A DNA stretch of 64,000 nucleotides from an uncultured Marinilabiliaceae bacterium. GTDB lineage: Bacteria > Bacteroidota > Bacteroidia > Bacteroidales > Marinilabiliaceae. The notes beneath the pieces were generated by a model that saw only the letters and a list, made by a program, of their open reading frames with translations, was not told the DNA's origin and searched no databases. Where the stretch lies: contig CAZPPW010000001.1 of assembly GCA_964588595.1 (NCBI GenBank), positions 306 through 64,305 on the forward strand, in the 5' to 3' direction. Position 1 is the stretch's first letter. Each line of letters opens with the position of its first letter. Below, piece by piece: positions 18,588-27,876 of this stretch. The position numbers and the translations under genes are program-made.

Positions 18588-18914
18588 CTATTGGAGATCA
18601 GGATTGTCGAATAGTGAGGGTGTGAGGTCAACGGGGGCAGGTCGTTCAGCAGTGGGCGTTGAATTGTATGGAGTTGTTGACTCCTCAACATGCTGCATAG
18701 GATCATCGTATTCGGGAAAGAGATTGGTCTTGCGGTCGATAATATACTGACGGACAAATCGGACAGCGCCCTCGCGGATTACGGCAGCACGTGTAGGTTT
18801 ATTGAAGAGTCGGCAATACTCGTCTATGGCGTCCAGTTCACGGTCGCTAAACGCTATGCAGAGGTGGTTGTGTCGTGCCTCTTTGTACTTTATCTTTTTG
18901 GGCTTCTTGGCCAT
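18588..18914 (-). CDS. hypothetical protein, possible ribbon-helix-helix fold
   Basis: Basic N-terminus, then a beta-strand-like LCIAFS followed by two helices (DRELDAIDEYCRLF, TRAAVIREGAVRFV). The stop lies 3 nt before the MerR start. Confidence 0.5.
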   Translation of the reverse strand: MAKKPKKIKYKEARHNHLCIAFSDRELDAIDEYCRLFNKPTRAAVIREGAVRFVRQYIIDRKTNLFPEYDDPMQHVEESTTPYNSTPTAERPAPVDLTPSLFDNPDLQ

Positions 18915-19122
18915 ACGACTAATGGGGAGCGAGCATGATACGCGAAAGTAGCTAAATAATCACAGTGGGTGGTATCGTATGGAGTATAAATCAACGTGAT
19001 AGGGGCAATATTTGCGTTGATGAGTAAGTATAAATACGCACATCAGCCTGAAAAAGTGGACGCGCGAAGTATTTTTAACGAAAAAAATACATTAAGGTTG
19101 TACTTTCATATCACTAAAAGGA

Positions 19123-19130
19123 TAACTTTG
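19123..19130 (+). promoter_or_regulatory. -7 promoter box TAACTTTG
   Basis: Exact TAnnTTTG match 50 nt upstream of the ATG at 19180. Confidence 0.5.
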
Positions 19131-19179
19131 CGGTGTTTTCACAGGTGTGACTACAACAACATTAATCAAATAAACTATT

Positions 19180-19386
19180 ATGAAGAATCTGTTCGCAATC
19201 GCAGCTGTTGCTGCAATGCTCGTTGCCTGCTCTGGCAACACCCAATCCAACACCGAGAACGCTAACGCTGAGGCTCCTGCCTGCTGCCAGAACGACAGCA
19301 CCAAGGCTTGCTGCCAGAATGACAGCACCGCTGCCGCTGCTGACAGCACTGCTGCTCCCGCTGACTCTGCTGCTGTAGCTGAGTAA
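19180..19386 (+). CDS. small lipoprotein with duplicated ACCQNDST motif
   Basis: Lipobox MLVAC at residues 13-17. 24-nt units at 19279-19302 and 19306-19329 both encode ACCQNDST. It has its own promoter box and strong terminator. Confidence 0.55.
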   Translation: MKNLFAIAAVAAMLVACSGNTQSNTENANAEAPACCQNDSTKACCQNDSTAAAADSTAAPADSAAVAE

Positions 19387-19430
19387 GCAGCCAAGGGCTT
19401 ATAGCCCTTTGAGCCATACTTGAATATAGA

Positions 19431-19465
19431 ACGGTCGCCTTGCTTGCACAGGGCGACCGTTTTTT
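19431..19465 (+). terminator. intrinsic terminator
   Basis: 9-bp stem ACGGTCGCC / GGCGACCGT followed by TTTTT. A second small hairpin (AAGGGCT/AGCCCTT) lies at 19392-19408. Confidence 0.85.
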
Positions 19466-19486
19466 GTGCGTGTTGATGAGTGGAGG

Positions 19487-20914
19487 CTATTTGAGTTTGC
19501 GTTCGGCTAATTCTATCCTTTGGTCAAGTTCTTTTTTGTATTCACCGTTATTGAGTTTTCGAGCCTTCACGAGATAGTCGGCAGCCTTCTTCTTGCGCCC
19601 CTGTTTGATGCATATATCGGCAGCATGGACGGCAGCGTAAGGGCCAAAATAGCGTTTACTTGATGACGAGAAAGCAATGGCTTGATCGTAGAATAGAAGT
19701 GCGACATCGGGATGTGAGAGCTTATCTTCAGCACGTGCCATGCGGAAGAAATATTCAGCGGATTCGGTCACAGAGGGTGTGAACGTCTTTAGCATGGCGA
19801 GAGATTGCGCAAAGTTGCCAAACTCGAAGTTGAACCTCGCCCGCAACATATTAATCGACATGCCCATGGCGAGTTTGGACTCTTCACGAGCCCTTATGTC
19901 GATGTCAAAATCAGATGGTGTGGCCTGGCATTGGGCTATCATATCACGAGCTTTGAGTCGATCTCCTTTGAGAATGTAGGCGTATGCCATTTCGAGGTAT
20001 GCCCAGTTGCGGTTGGATACGCCTCTATACGTGCTGAGGAAGCGTGTGGCCCACTTGATGGTCTCATCAGGGTTGAGTTGTCTCAAGGCGTACTTGCCTT
20101 TCTGATGATATAGCAACGGAAATCGCTCAAATGCCATCTGTGGCGTAGAGTCGAGTGCCGCCACTGCTGTCTTGCCATCTTGTTGCCGTCCGCAACTTAG
20201 CACGTAGGCGTAGCGTATGACGGGAGCGTCGTTAGCGCGTATGGCTGCCAATATTGGCTCGGGCAACACTTGTTCGTGACTAAAAAACATGTTGGCGAAG
20301 GAGAACAAGACGGCTTCATCGCCCACGCCTGGCACTGTGGTCACCTTCTGCCGGTACTCTTCCAACTGCCGTAATCCCAATGCCGTGTCACCTTCTCCAA
20401 GTCCTAAGAGACCCTTTAAACTCTTCCACTTCTCGGGTATCTGAGCAAAAAGAATGTTGTAGAGACCTCGGAGTGGCAACTGTCCCTCGTACGTGGGGTA
20501 TTTCTTCTCGGCTGTCTTGAATGCGTTATACGACTTCCAGAACTGTATTCCCCCACTGAGCAAGCTGCCGTCGTATATGTAGACCATACATTTGTGTATG
20601 TGTAGCTGGCATAGCAGGTTATCCTCATATTTTGAGCCGTATGCGGCATCGAAGGCATTGTCGGAAGCATCGAAGAACGCATCGTAGTTCTCCTTGCTAT
20701 TGGCCGCAGTGTAGTTCATCAGCGCCATATACTCCTTGAGAAACGCCGCCTGAGCCTTATCGGTCACCTTTCGTATGTCTCGTGCGAATGCGGCGTTATC
20801 GACACTGAACACGTCGGCAAAAGCACGACTTGCCGCAGGGTTGGAGAACTGATTTGCCTGAGCGAAAGTGAGTACGGGCAGAAACGACAGTATAACGGCG
20901 AGTATCTTTGTCAT
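19487..20914 (-). CDS. hypothetical secreted protein with TPR-like repeats
   Basis: Signal peptide MTKILAVILSFLPVLTFAQ and a helical-repeat C-terminus. The start abuts the stop of the GT2 gene. Confidence 0.55.
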   Translation of the reverse strand: MTKILAVILSFLPVLTFAQANQFSNPAASRAFADVFSVDNAAFARDIRKVTDKAQAAFLKEYMALMNYTAANSKENYDAFFDASDNAFDAAYGSKYEDNLLCQLHIHKCMVYIYDGSLLSGGIQFWKSYNAFKTAEKKYPTYEGQLPLRGLYNILFAQIPEKWKSLKGLLGLGEGDTALGLRQLEEYRQKVTTVPGVGDEAVLFSFANMFFSHEQVLPEPILAAIRANDAPVIRYAYVLSCGRQQDGKTAVAALDSTPQMAFERFPLLYHQKGKYALRQLNPDETIKWATRFLSTYRGVSNRNWAYLEMAYAYILKGDRLKARDMIAQCQATPSDFDIDIRAREESKLAMGMSINMLRARFNFEFGNFAQSLAMLKTFTPSVTESAEYFFRMARAEDKLSHPDVALLFYDQAIAFSSSSKRYFGPYAAVHAADICIKQGRKKKAADYLVKARKLNNGEYKKELDQRIELAERKLK

Positions 20915-22081
20915 TCAGTTGGCTGTGATGTTGTGTAGTCGGTTGTTGTAGTAAATGAGGATGTCGTGCGTCACGTCGTTGGAGAACCCGAATAGTTGTC
21001 GGCCAGTGTTAGCCCTCATATACTCTATCGCCGCAGCCATATCGCCTGTGAGCGAGAAGATCACAGCGTCGCTATCGATATGTTCTGAAAGTGCAGTATA
21101 TGGCAAGCATGTCATGGTTGCACCACTATCTTGTAACTTGCCAATGATTTCTCGCACATCGTCATCTGTCACTATGGTGATGTTCTTGGGAACCGAGAAC
21201 TTTCTCTGCCTCTCTATTGTCCGCATAACGACACACCGCACGAGCGCAAAGCAATAGGCCACCTTTATACCCAATGTTGTGATGGCGTTGACTATCGCAC
21301 CATGTTTTGGAAACTCATATTTCTCGGCAAAGCGCTGCATCGACTTGTAGAAGCACTTGATGTACTTTCGTTTGCGCGGTGTGCTCTGTCCCTTGAAATG
21401 CACAATGGGGATATCGCCGCGATAAACATTGCCTTCCTTCGAACCCGTGTTCATGCGCCACGAGAGGTCTATGTCTTCACTATACATGAAATACCCCTCG
21501 TCAAAGTCCCCTACCCTATCATACAGCTCATGCGAGAATGCCATGCACGCTCCCGACAATATGGGAGCCTTAGCTACATCACACTCCCCCACACCTCCCA
21601 TATAATACGCATTAACAACCTTCGACTGCGGAGCAATATGCCATAACCCAGAAAGTTTGAAGAACGAAGTGGCAAGGTTGGTATATCCCCTCTTAGACTC
21701 CCCAAGGTATCGCCCACGACCGTTGACCATTCTAACTCCTATGGCGCCTGAACCCTTGTGAGTGCGGAAATGCTCTACTATACGGCTAAGTGTGTCATGG
21801 CAGACGACAGTGTCGGGGTTGAGTATCAGCATCACGTCGCCTGTCGCCATCTTCATGCCCACGTTGTTGGCCTTGGCAAATCCCGCGTTACTCTCCATTT
21901 CCACAAGTTTCACCCATGGCGCATGAAGCTGTATTCGTTGCGAAGTGCCGTCGGTTGACTTGTTGTCTACCACAATGACCTCAGCGTTCAGCCCGTCAAC
22001 CATCGCATGACGCAACGCCGCGAGAGTGAGCAGCACCACATCGGCACTGTTATAGCTGACAATAATAACAGATATATCCAT
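20915..22081 (-). CDS. family 2 glycosyltransferase
   Basis: MDISVIIVSYNS...VVDNKSTDGT...NPD... GT2 signature. Confidence 0.85.
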   Translation of the reverse strand: MDISVIIVSYNSADVVLLTLAALRHAMVDGLNAEVIVVDNKSTDGTSQRIQLHAPWVKLVEMESNAGFAKANNVGMKMATGDVMLILNPDTVVCHDTLSRIVEHFRTHKGSGAIGVRMVNGRGRYLGESKRGYTNLATSFFKLSGLWHIAPQSKVVNAYYMGGVGECDVAKAPILSGACMAFSHELYDRVGDFDEGYFMYSEDIDLSWRMNTGSKEGNVYRGDIPIVHFKGQSTPRKRKYIKCFYKSMQRFAEKYEFPKHGAIVNAITTLGIKVAYCFALVRCVVMRTIERQRKFSVPKNITIVTDDDVREIIGKLQDSGATMTCLPYTALSEHIDSDAVIFSLTGDMAAAIEYMRANTGRQLFGFSNDVTHDILIYYNNRLHNITAN

Positions 22082-22095
22082 CGAAAGAGGGAGCG

Positions 22096-22530
22096 TCAGT
22101 TGAGACCTAAGAGTTGCGCAAGCTTACTTAGCAGACCTCGCCGTTTAACAACTGCGGACTGAGGTTGAGCCTCGCCAGTAAGCTGCTGATATATTTCACC
22201 CCATGAGGGCAAGCCGCCATAGTTGCGGTCGTCAATGTATATGTCGGCATCTATCTTACGCGGGCACTTAGCACCCGTATATAGCTCCCCCTCGAAGCAC
22301 TCATTGACGGCATAGAACTCCACCCCACCCTTACGACAAAACTCCACGGCTTCATCAAGCTCAGCCCCTGTGCGACATGTCCATAACACAACCGCAAAAC
22401 CATGTTCCTGTAACTTGCGCAACGTCTGAAGGGCGAAAGGTCGTTCTCGTCCTATGGCGGGATAAGCATTTTCGACAATCGTACCGTCGAAGTCTACCGC
22501 TATCTTACGTCGTTCTGGGGTATCGGGCAT
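22096..22530 (-). CDS. small HAD-like hydrolase (hypothetical)
   Basis: DFDGTIV motif at residues 13-19. 144 aa. Confidence 0.5.
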   Translation of the reverse strand: MPDTPERRKIAVDFDGTIVENAYPAIGRERPFALQTLRKLQEHGFAVVLWTCRTGAELDEAVEFCRKGGVEFYAVNECFEGELYTGAKCPRKIDADIYIDDRNYGGLPSWGEIYQQLTGEAQPQSAVVKRRGLLSKLAQLLGLN

Positions 22531-22541
22531 CAGAAGGTGTC

Positions 22542-22982
22542 CTATTGTTCCTTGTCCTCGCCTACCTGACGGCCTACGAAGTTCTCCGAAGGATAATACA
22601 GTAGCACGAGCAACAAGGCGATGACTACAAGGTATATGGCATTAGGGTCGACAGTGAACACGTAACATACGCTACTGAGAACAGCCACAATGCTCATGCT
22701 GAGTATGCGTGCCTTATATGCCTTGGCAAATGCGTCATATTTACTGTCACCCTCCATCGTGGCCACTTTGGCACGTGCATTGCGCAGAATGAACCATGTG
22801 ACAATGAACACGATGAACGTCGCAGCAAGCAAAGCCACCATGATATACGATGCCGTCGCAACCGTCACCATGGGCTGACTGCCGAGCAGTCTCGTGGCAA
22901 GGAAGCATACTATAAAGATGATGATGGAGGGTAAGAACGTGCGGAAGTAGAACCTGCGCAAATCGGCTAATAAGTTTTCCAT
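22542..22982 (-). CDS. hypothetical membrane protein
   Basis: Four hydrophobic segments. No recognised family. Confidence 0.5.
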   Translation of the reverse strand: MENLLADLRRFYFRTFLPSIIIFIVCFLATRLLGSQPMVTVATASYIMVALLAATFIVFIVTWFILRNARAKVATMEGDSKYDAFAKAYKARILSMSIVAVLSSVCYVFTVDPNAIYLVVIALLLVLLYYPSENFVGRQVGEDKEQ

Positions 22983-23023
22983 TATGTGTGTTGGTCTATT
23001 TTATTGATTCTTATGCATACACG

Positions 23024-23644
23024 CTATATAGTTTGCTCAAATGGCACTCGATTGACGAGAGATCGTCCGAGCGTCACCTCATCTGCGTACTCCAACTCGT
23101 CACCCACAGCTATACCCCGCGCTATCGTGGTCAGTTTTACTCCGTATGGCGCAAGGCGTTTATAGATATAGAAGTTCGTTGTGTCGCCCTCCATTGTCGC
23201 ACTCAAGGCGAGTATCACCTCACGTGCGTTACCCGACGACACTCTCTGTTCAAGTGAGTCGATATTGATGTCGTCTGGTCCTATGCCATCCATCGGCGAT
23301 ATGATACCCCCGAGCACATGATACACCCCAGTATACTGCCGCGTAGCCTCGATAGCCATCACGTCGCGTACATTCTCGACCACGCACACAGTGGTGTGGT
23401 CACGCAACGGATTGGCGCAAATGTCGCACGTGTCAGTGTCCGACAGGTTATGGCACACCCTGCAATAATGTATGTCGTTGCACACCGCCCGGATTGACTC
23501 GGTGAACATCGCCACCTCATCCTTCTCTTTGCGCAACAGGTGCAACACCAGTCGCAACGCTGTCTTCTTGCCTATGCCTGGAAGTTTGGCAAATTGACCT
23601 ACGGCATCGTCAAGCAACTTCGACGAGAACTGACCCGAACTCAT
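23024..23644 (-). CDS. recR: recombination protein RecR
   Basis: 206 aa. [12 protein letters not shown] HhH motif, a CxxC...CxxC zinc finger and a Toprim region. Confidence 0.95.
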   Translation of the reverse strand: MSSGQFSSKLLDDAVGQFAKLPGIGKKTALRLVLHLLRKEKDEVAMFTESIRAVCNDIHYCRVCHNLSDTDTCDICANPLRDHTTVCVVENVRDVMAIEATRQYTGVYHVLGGIISPMDGIGPDDINIDSLEQRVSSGNAREVILALSATMEGDTTNFYIYKRLAPYGVKLTTIARGIAVGDELEYADEVTLGRSLVNRVPFEQTI

Positions 23645-24762
23645 TATTTGCGTGTGCCAAAGACATCAACGAACACCACCTCCGCCTGCGTGCCGATGCG
23701 CACCCTCGGGCCCCAAGTGCCATAGCCCGAGGTCACGATGACACTCGTAGACCCATAACAGGCGAAACCATAGTCCAATGTGTAGATGCGCTTTGTGATA
23801 AGGCTCATGGGCCAGAGCTGTCCAGCATGCGTATGACCACTTAATGACAAGTCGGCATTAATGTGCACAGCATCGTCAATAGCCCCAGGCTGATGATCCA
23901 TGACAATAGTGAAGAGTGAGTCGGACTGAGAGAACGTCTCAATTGCCTTTCTCTCAACGCCTACACGGTGCGATGACATATCGTCACGTCCGATGATATG
24001 AAACGGACCAGTCTCAGCCACAGAGTCCCTAAGCAAGGTGACGTTGGGTATGGAGCGGATGTATGATGCGGCACGTTGCGGATCGTCGATATACTCATGG
24101 TTGCCCATCACCGCATAGACTCCAAGGGCGGAATGTATGTCAGAGAGTGGCGACAATGTATTCTCCTCCAACACAGGGGCAAGGTCTCCATCAATAAGGT
24201 CTCCACAGATAAGAGTGAGGTCAGCATCCGACGAGTTGATTATGCCAACAAGCTTCTCGACGTCAGGCTGTGTTATGGCATAGCCCGTATGCAAATCCGA
24301 CACGAGAGCTATGGTATATTTCTTGCCCTCTGGCAACTTATCCGAATACACGGAGTAACGTTGCTCCACTGGCGATGTTGCTACGATGATGCCCCATAGC
24401 AACAACAGAATCGTCAATAGCGTGGCGCACTTGACCGACACTGGTGTGTGATAGGGGTTCTCTCCTCGGGTCAGCACCATGACGTATCGAGCCACATCCA
24501 TCACCACGAGAATCATGAACATATACAGCACCACAGGCATCCATGTGGTCGACACCACGTAAATAACTCTGTTGAGCAGTATGAAGTCAGAGCTTACTAT
24601 CCGCTGAAAGAAGAAGCTAAAGTCGAGCAACAGCACCGTCACCCATACAGCTATACGCCATGAACGCGGCCTGCGCTTAAACACACGACAGACACGTGCG
24701 GCTATATAGCCACTAGCGAAGAGATAGATGACAACAATGAGGATGAAGAGGACAGGCTTCAT
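23644..24762 (-). CDS. membrane-anchored metallophosphoesterase
   Basis: N-terminal TM segments, then DLHTG, GDLIDG, GNHE and GHTH motifs. Confidence 0.8.
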   Translation of the reverse strand: MKPVLFILIVVIYLFASGYIAARVCRVFKRRPRSWRIAVWVTVLLLDFSFFFQRIVSSDFILLNRVIYVVSTTWMPVVLYMFMILVVMDVARYVMVLTRGENPYHTPVSVKCATLLTILLLLWGIIVATSPVEQRYSVYSDKLPEGKKYTIALVSDLHTGYAITQPDVEKLVGIINSSDADLTLICGDLIDGDLAPVLEENTLSPLSDIHSALGVYAVMGNHEYIDDPQRAASYIRSIPNVTLLRDSVAETGPFHIIGRDDMSSHRVGVERKAIETFSQSDSLFTIVMDHQPGAIDDAVHINADLSLSGHTHAGQLWPMSLITKRIYTLDYGFACYGSTSVIVTSGYGTWGPRVRIGTQAEVVFVDVFGTRK

Positions 24763-25451
24763 TTGCTTGCAGGGTCAGAGATTGCGTTCATGAGCTTGCT
24801 AACGCCCCTGAAACTCGCCTGGTCGGTGAAATCTATAATACTGGCATTGGGAAACAGCCTCGATGTAAAGGTCTTTATGGCATCGAGAGAGTCGTCGGCC
24901 ATAACCTTCTCATCTTGCGGCAGTCTATTGAACACCACGAACCGCAAATCCACACCGTGCGTCTTGCATGCCTCAATGCTCAGCAACGCATGGTTTATCC
25001 CTCCCAACTTGGAAGTCGTCACAAGCAGCAGAGGGAGCTTATGCGACACCACATAGTCGATGGTCAGGAGGTCGTCAGTCAGTGGGACCATAAGACCTCC
25101 TGCCCCTTCGACAAGTACAATATCGTGTTTTTTGCACAACGCTTCGGTATCAGCCGCCATGCGCTCAGGGTCAATCACCTTGTCTTCAAGTTTGGCCGCA
25201 AGAGCTGGAGAGGCTGGCTTGTGGAATAGATAGGTGCAAGTGAGGCGAGTCTCATCGTCGGGCAACCATCCGCAGCCCATGACTTTGCGATGCTCAACGA
25301 GATCTTCCGCCACATCGTCACATCCTGTCTGTACGGGCTTCTGGGTAATAGCGTCGAGACCCTCTGCCAAAAGTTGGGCAGCGAGGCGTGACGTGATGTA
25401 TGTCTTACCGCTGTCAGTATCTACTCCACTGATAAAAAGAGCGTTGCGCAT
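24759..25451 (-). CDS. bioD: dethiobiotin synthase
   Basis: ISGVDTDSGKT P-loop, 230 aa. The stop overlaps the next start by 4 nt. Confidence 0.8.
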   Translation of the reverse strand: MRNALFISGVDTDSGKTYITSRLAAQLLAEGLDAITQKPVQTGCDDVAEDLVEHRKVMGCGWLPDDETRLTCTYLFHKPASPALAAKLEDKVIDPERMAADTEALCKKHDIVLVEGAGGLMVPLTDDLLTIDYVVSHKLPLLLVTTSKLGGINHALLSIEACKTHGVDLRFVVFNRLPQDEKVMADDSLDAIKTFTSRLFPNASIIDFTDQASFRGVSKLMNAISDPASK

Positions 25452-25460
25452 ATAGTATGT

Positions 25461-25964
25461 TTAGAGAGCTGTCTTCTTTATCTCGTCGACTTTCTTTTGG
25501 GCCGCCTTGACTGCGGCTTCTGCTGGTTTGAGTTTAGCCTTAGCCTTAGCCATTGCCTCCTTACCCTTGGTGAGCTGTTTCTTGCCGTTGGCGATCTTGC
25601 TCTCACACTCCTTCGTGAACTTCTGTTCCTCAGTGTCGAGTTTCTTCATCGACGCCTCAGCCTCCTTGCGTACGCTCTCGTCCTTCGACTTGAGGTAGTC
25701 TTTGAGTTCACTGCGTTTCGTCTTGAATTCTGCCTGCTTAGCCTTGAGATCCTGCTTGGCTTGCTCGATTGAGGCCTCGGCTTCGGAGATAGAAGTCTCC
25801 GCCTTCTCGAGGAGTGACTGGGCTTCGGCTTGACGTGTCTTAGCGGCATCGAGCTTCGAGGTGAGTTGCTCGAGACGGTTGGTCGACGTGGTCTTCTTCT
25901 GCGCACTGATTGAGGTGCAGAAAGTGAGGGCAGCCATGATGGCTACTACCGATAAAAGTTTCAT
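25461..25964 (-). CDS. secreted Lys/Glu/Ala-rich coiled-coil protein (hypothetical)
   Basis: Signal peptide, then heptad-like KAE-rich sequence. Confidence 0.5.
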   Translation of the reverse strand: MKLLSVVAIMAALTFCTSISAQKKTTSTNRLEQLTSKLDAAKTRQAEAQSLLEKAETSISEAEASIEQAKQDLKAKQAEFKTKRSELKDYLKSKDESVRKEAEASMKKLDTEEQKFTKECESKIANGKKQLTKGKEAMAKAKAKLKPAEAAVKAAQKKVDEIKKTAL

Positions 25965-25986
25965 GTTAGTTTGATTAAGGGGTTAA

Positions 25987-26445
25987 TTACTTGTTGTTAC
26001 TTGTATCTGTCAGAGATTTAAGAAAATCATCAATCTTAGCCGTCGCAGAGTTGAGTGCAGCCCTGATACTGTCCGCTTGGGCGGGAGTGAGCTTTGTCGA
26101 CTCAGAGAGAGACTGGTAGGCTTGCGCCCCCTTGACCTTAGCGGCATCGAATAACACCTTACCACCCGCAATCACAGTATCGCCCGCAGCCACCACGGCA
26201 TTAGTGAAACGTTTCATGAGGGTGGTATCGGCAAGCACATTCTGGAATGCCGCACCAAGCATGGTGAAAGGGTCGGACGACGAGGTCGAGGTCACTGTCT
26301 TTGTCACGACGGTAGTGTCTGTGCCATTGACGGTCGTGGTAGTGGTGGTGGTAGTTGTCACAGTTGTCGAAGATGTCTGCGCTACGGCACAGAGTGAAAA
26401 CATCAGGAACATTGCGCTGATGAATATCTTGAAGATGTTAGTCAT
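25987..26445 (-). CDS. secreted Thr-rich protein (hypothetical)
   Basis: The internal ATG at 26445 gives signal peptide MTNIFKIFISAMFLMFSLCAVAQ, then a TTTTTTTTT tract. The longer track ORF (to 26622) has an implausible N-terminus. Confidence 0.5.
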   Translation of the reverse strand: MTNIFKIFISAMFLMFSLCAVAQTSSTTVTTTTTTTTTVNGTDTTVVTKTVTSTSSSDPFTMLGAAFQNVLADTTLMKRFTNAVVAAGDTVIAGGKVLFDAAKVKGAQAYQSLSESTKLTPAQADSIRAALNSATAKIDDFLKSLTDTSNNK

Positions 26446-26663
26446 ATTGCCCGAAGTGTTTTGTCTTGCTGTTTTACGTTTCAGGCACAGAGCCTGCTGA
26501 ATTATACCGAGGTTTAATTTCAACCTTTGCGCAAATATACTAACATATCGGGAATGCGTGGCTAAGAAAGGACAAGAGAATAGTGGAAATGGGCGCAAAA
26601 GTTCGGCAAGCAACACATTCATATTCTGCTTAAATTCGCGCCAATATCTATTCTTTCATCCCG

Positions 26664-27089
26664 ATGCAAACAAGCGACGAGAAGCCCGACCAGCATTTTC
26701 CTAAAGCACAGAAACTATATGGCGACAAGGCTATAGGTGAGTTGTTTGAGAGAGGTCAGGCTTTCACGAAACATCCATTCAGAGTCGTCTACCAGCCCCT
26801 CAACACGTTGCGAGAGGGCGAGGCGACCGTGAGGATGATGATAAGCGTCGGCAAAAAGAAGTTCAAACGCGCCGTGAAACGTAACCGCGTGAAACGTCAG
26901 ACACGCGAGGCATGGCGCAAGACGAAGTACATCGTGGAGGAGACTATCGCCACGCACGAGACGATACGCGGCATACGTGTGGCGTTCATATACTGTGGCG
27001 ACGGGCTGCCCGAAAGCTCCGACGTGGAACGCAGCATAGAGAAAGCTGCGCAGAAACTCTCCACGATACTGAAAGACACCACCCTATGA
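26664..27089 (+). CDS. rnpA: ribonuclease P protein component
   Basis: Basic 141-aa protein with ...[22 protein letters not shown].... The stop overlaps the yidD start (ATGA). Confidence 0.8.
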   Translation: MQTSDEKPDQHFPKAQKLYGDKAIGELFERGQAFTKHPFRVVYQPLNTLREGEATVRMMISVGKKKFKRAVKRNRVKRQTREAWRKTKYIVEETIATHETIRGIRVAFIYCGDGLPESSDVERSIEKAAQKLSTILKDTTL

Positions 27090-27355
27090 GCGGGAACGAT
27101 GGAGAGAGCCTGTTCCACAAGATAGGCAGATGGATACGCAAAGGAGCCTCAACATTGCTAATCCTCCCCATACGCTTCTACCAACTCGCCATATCGCCCC
27201 ACACACCCGCCGCCTGCCGATTTACCCCCACATGCTCACAATACGCCATTGAAGCCATACGCAAGCACGGACCTATAAAAGGCCTGGGACTGGCTATATG
27301 GCGTATACTACGTTGCAACCCATGGGGCGGCTCGGGCTATGACCCCGTACCATAA
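27086..27355 (+). CDS. yidD: membrane protein insertion efficiency factor YidD
   Basis: ...[27 protein letters not shown]...RCNPW... signature. The start was chosen at the ATG that overlaps the rnpA stop. Confidence 0.85.
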   Translation: MSGNDGESLFHKIGRWIRKGASTLLILPIRFYQLAISPHTPAACRFTPTCSQYAIEAIRKHGPIKGLGLAIWRILRCNPWGGSGYDPVP

Positions 27356-27370
27356 CTTAACCCCGACATT

Positions 27371-27868
27371 ATGGCATTCAACAAGATTAAAGCACCTATA
27401 AGCGAAGACCAAGCTCTCGACAAACTGTCGACATTATGTGCCGCTGCGGAACACTGCCGCCAGGAGATGGTGGAGAAATGCCAGAAATGGGGACTAAGTG
27501 ACGATGCCGCCGAACGTGTGGCAGACAGACTCGTGGCAGAGCGTTTTGTCGACGACAGACGCTACGCCCCGCTATATGTGCGCGACAAGGCACGCTTCGG
27601 AGGATGGGGCCCCATCAAGATACGAATGCAGTTGAAGGCTAAGGGCATAGACCCAGACATCATAAACGACGCCATAGACTCATTCAGCACGACAGAGTGG
27701 GAGGACATCCTACGCCACGCACTGGAACAGAAACTACGCACCACGAAAAAAGACGACCCTCAAAAACTATTCGCCTCATTGGTAAGGTTCGGCATGCAAC
27801 GCGGATACGACTACTCGGCGATACGTAAAGCCCTCAGCGGCATAGTAGAGGAGACAAACGAAGATTAA
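27371..27868 (+). CDS. recX: recombination regulator RecX
   Basis: 165 aa with three-helix repeats (...RLVAERFVDDRRYA...). Confidence 0.8.
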   Translation: MAFNKIKAPISEDQALDKLSTLCAAAEHCRQEMVEKCQKWGLSDDAAERVADRLVAERFVDDRRYAPLYVRDKARFGGWGPIKIRMQLKAKGIDPDIINDAIDSFSTTEWEDILRHALEQKLRTTKKDDPQKLFASLVRFGMQRGYDYSAIRKALSGIVEETNED

Positions 27869-27876
27869 GCGCAAAT

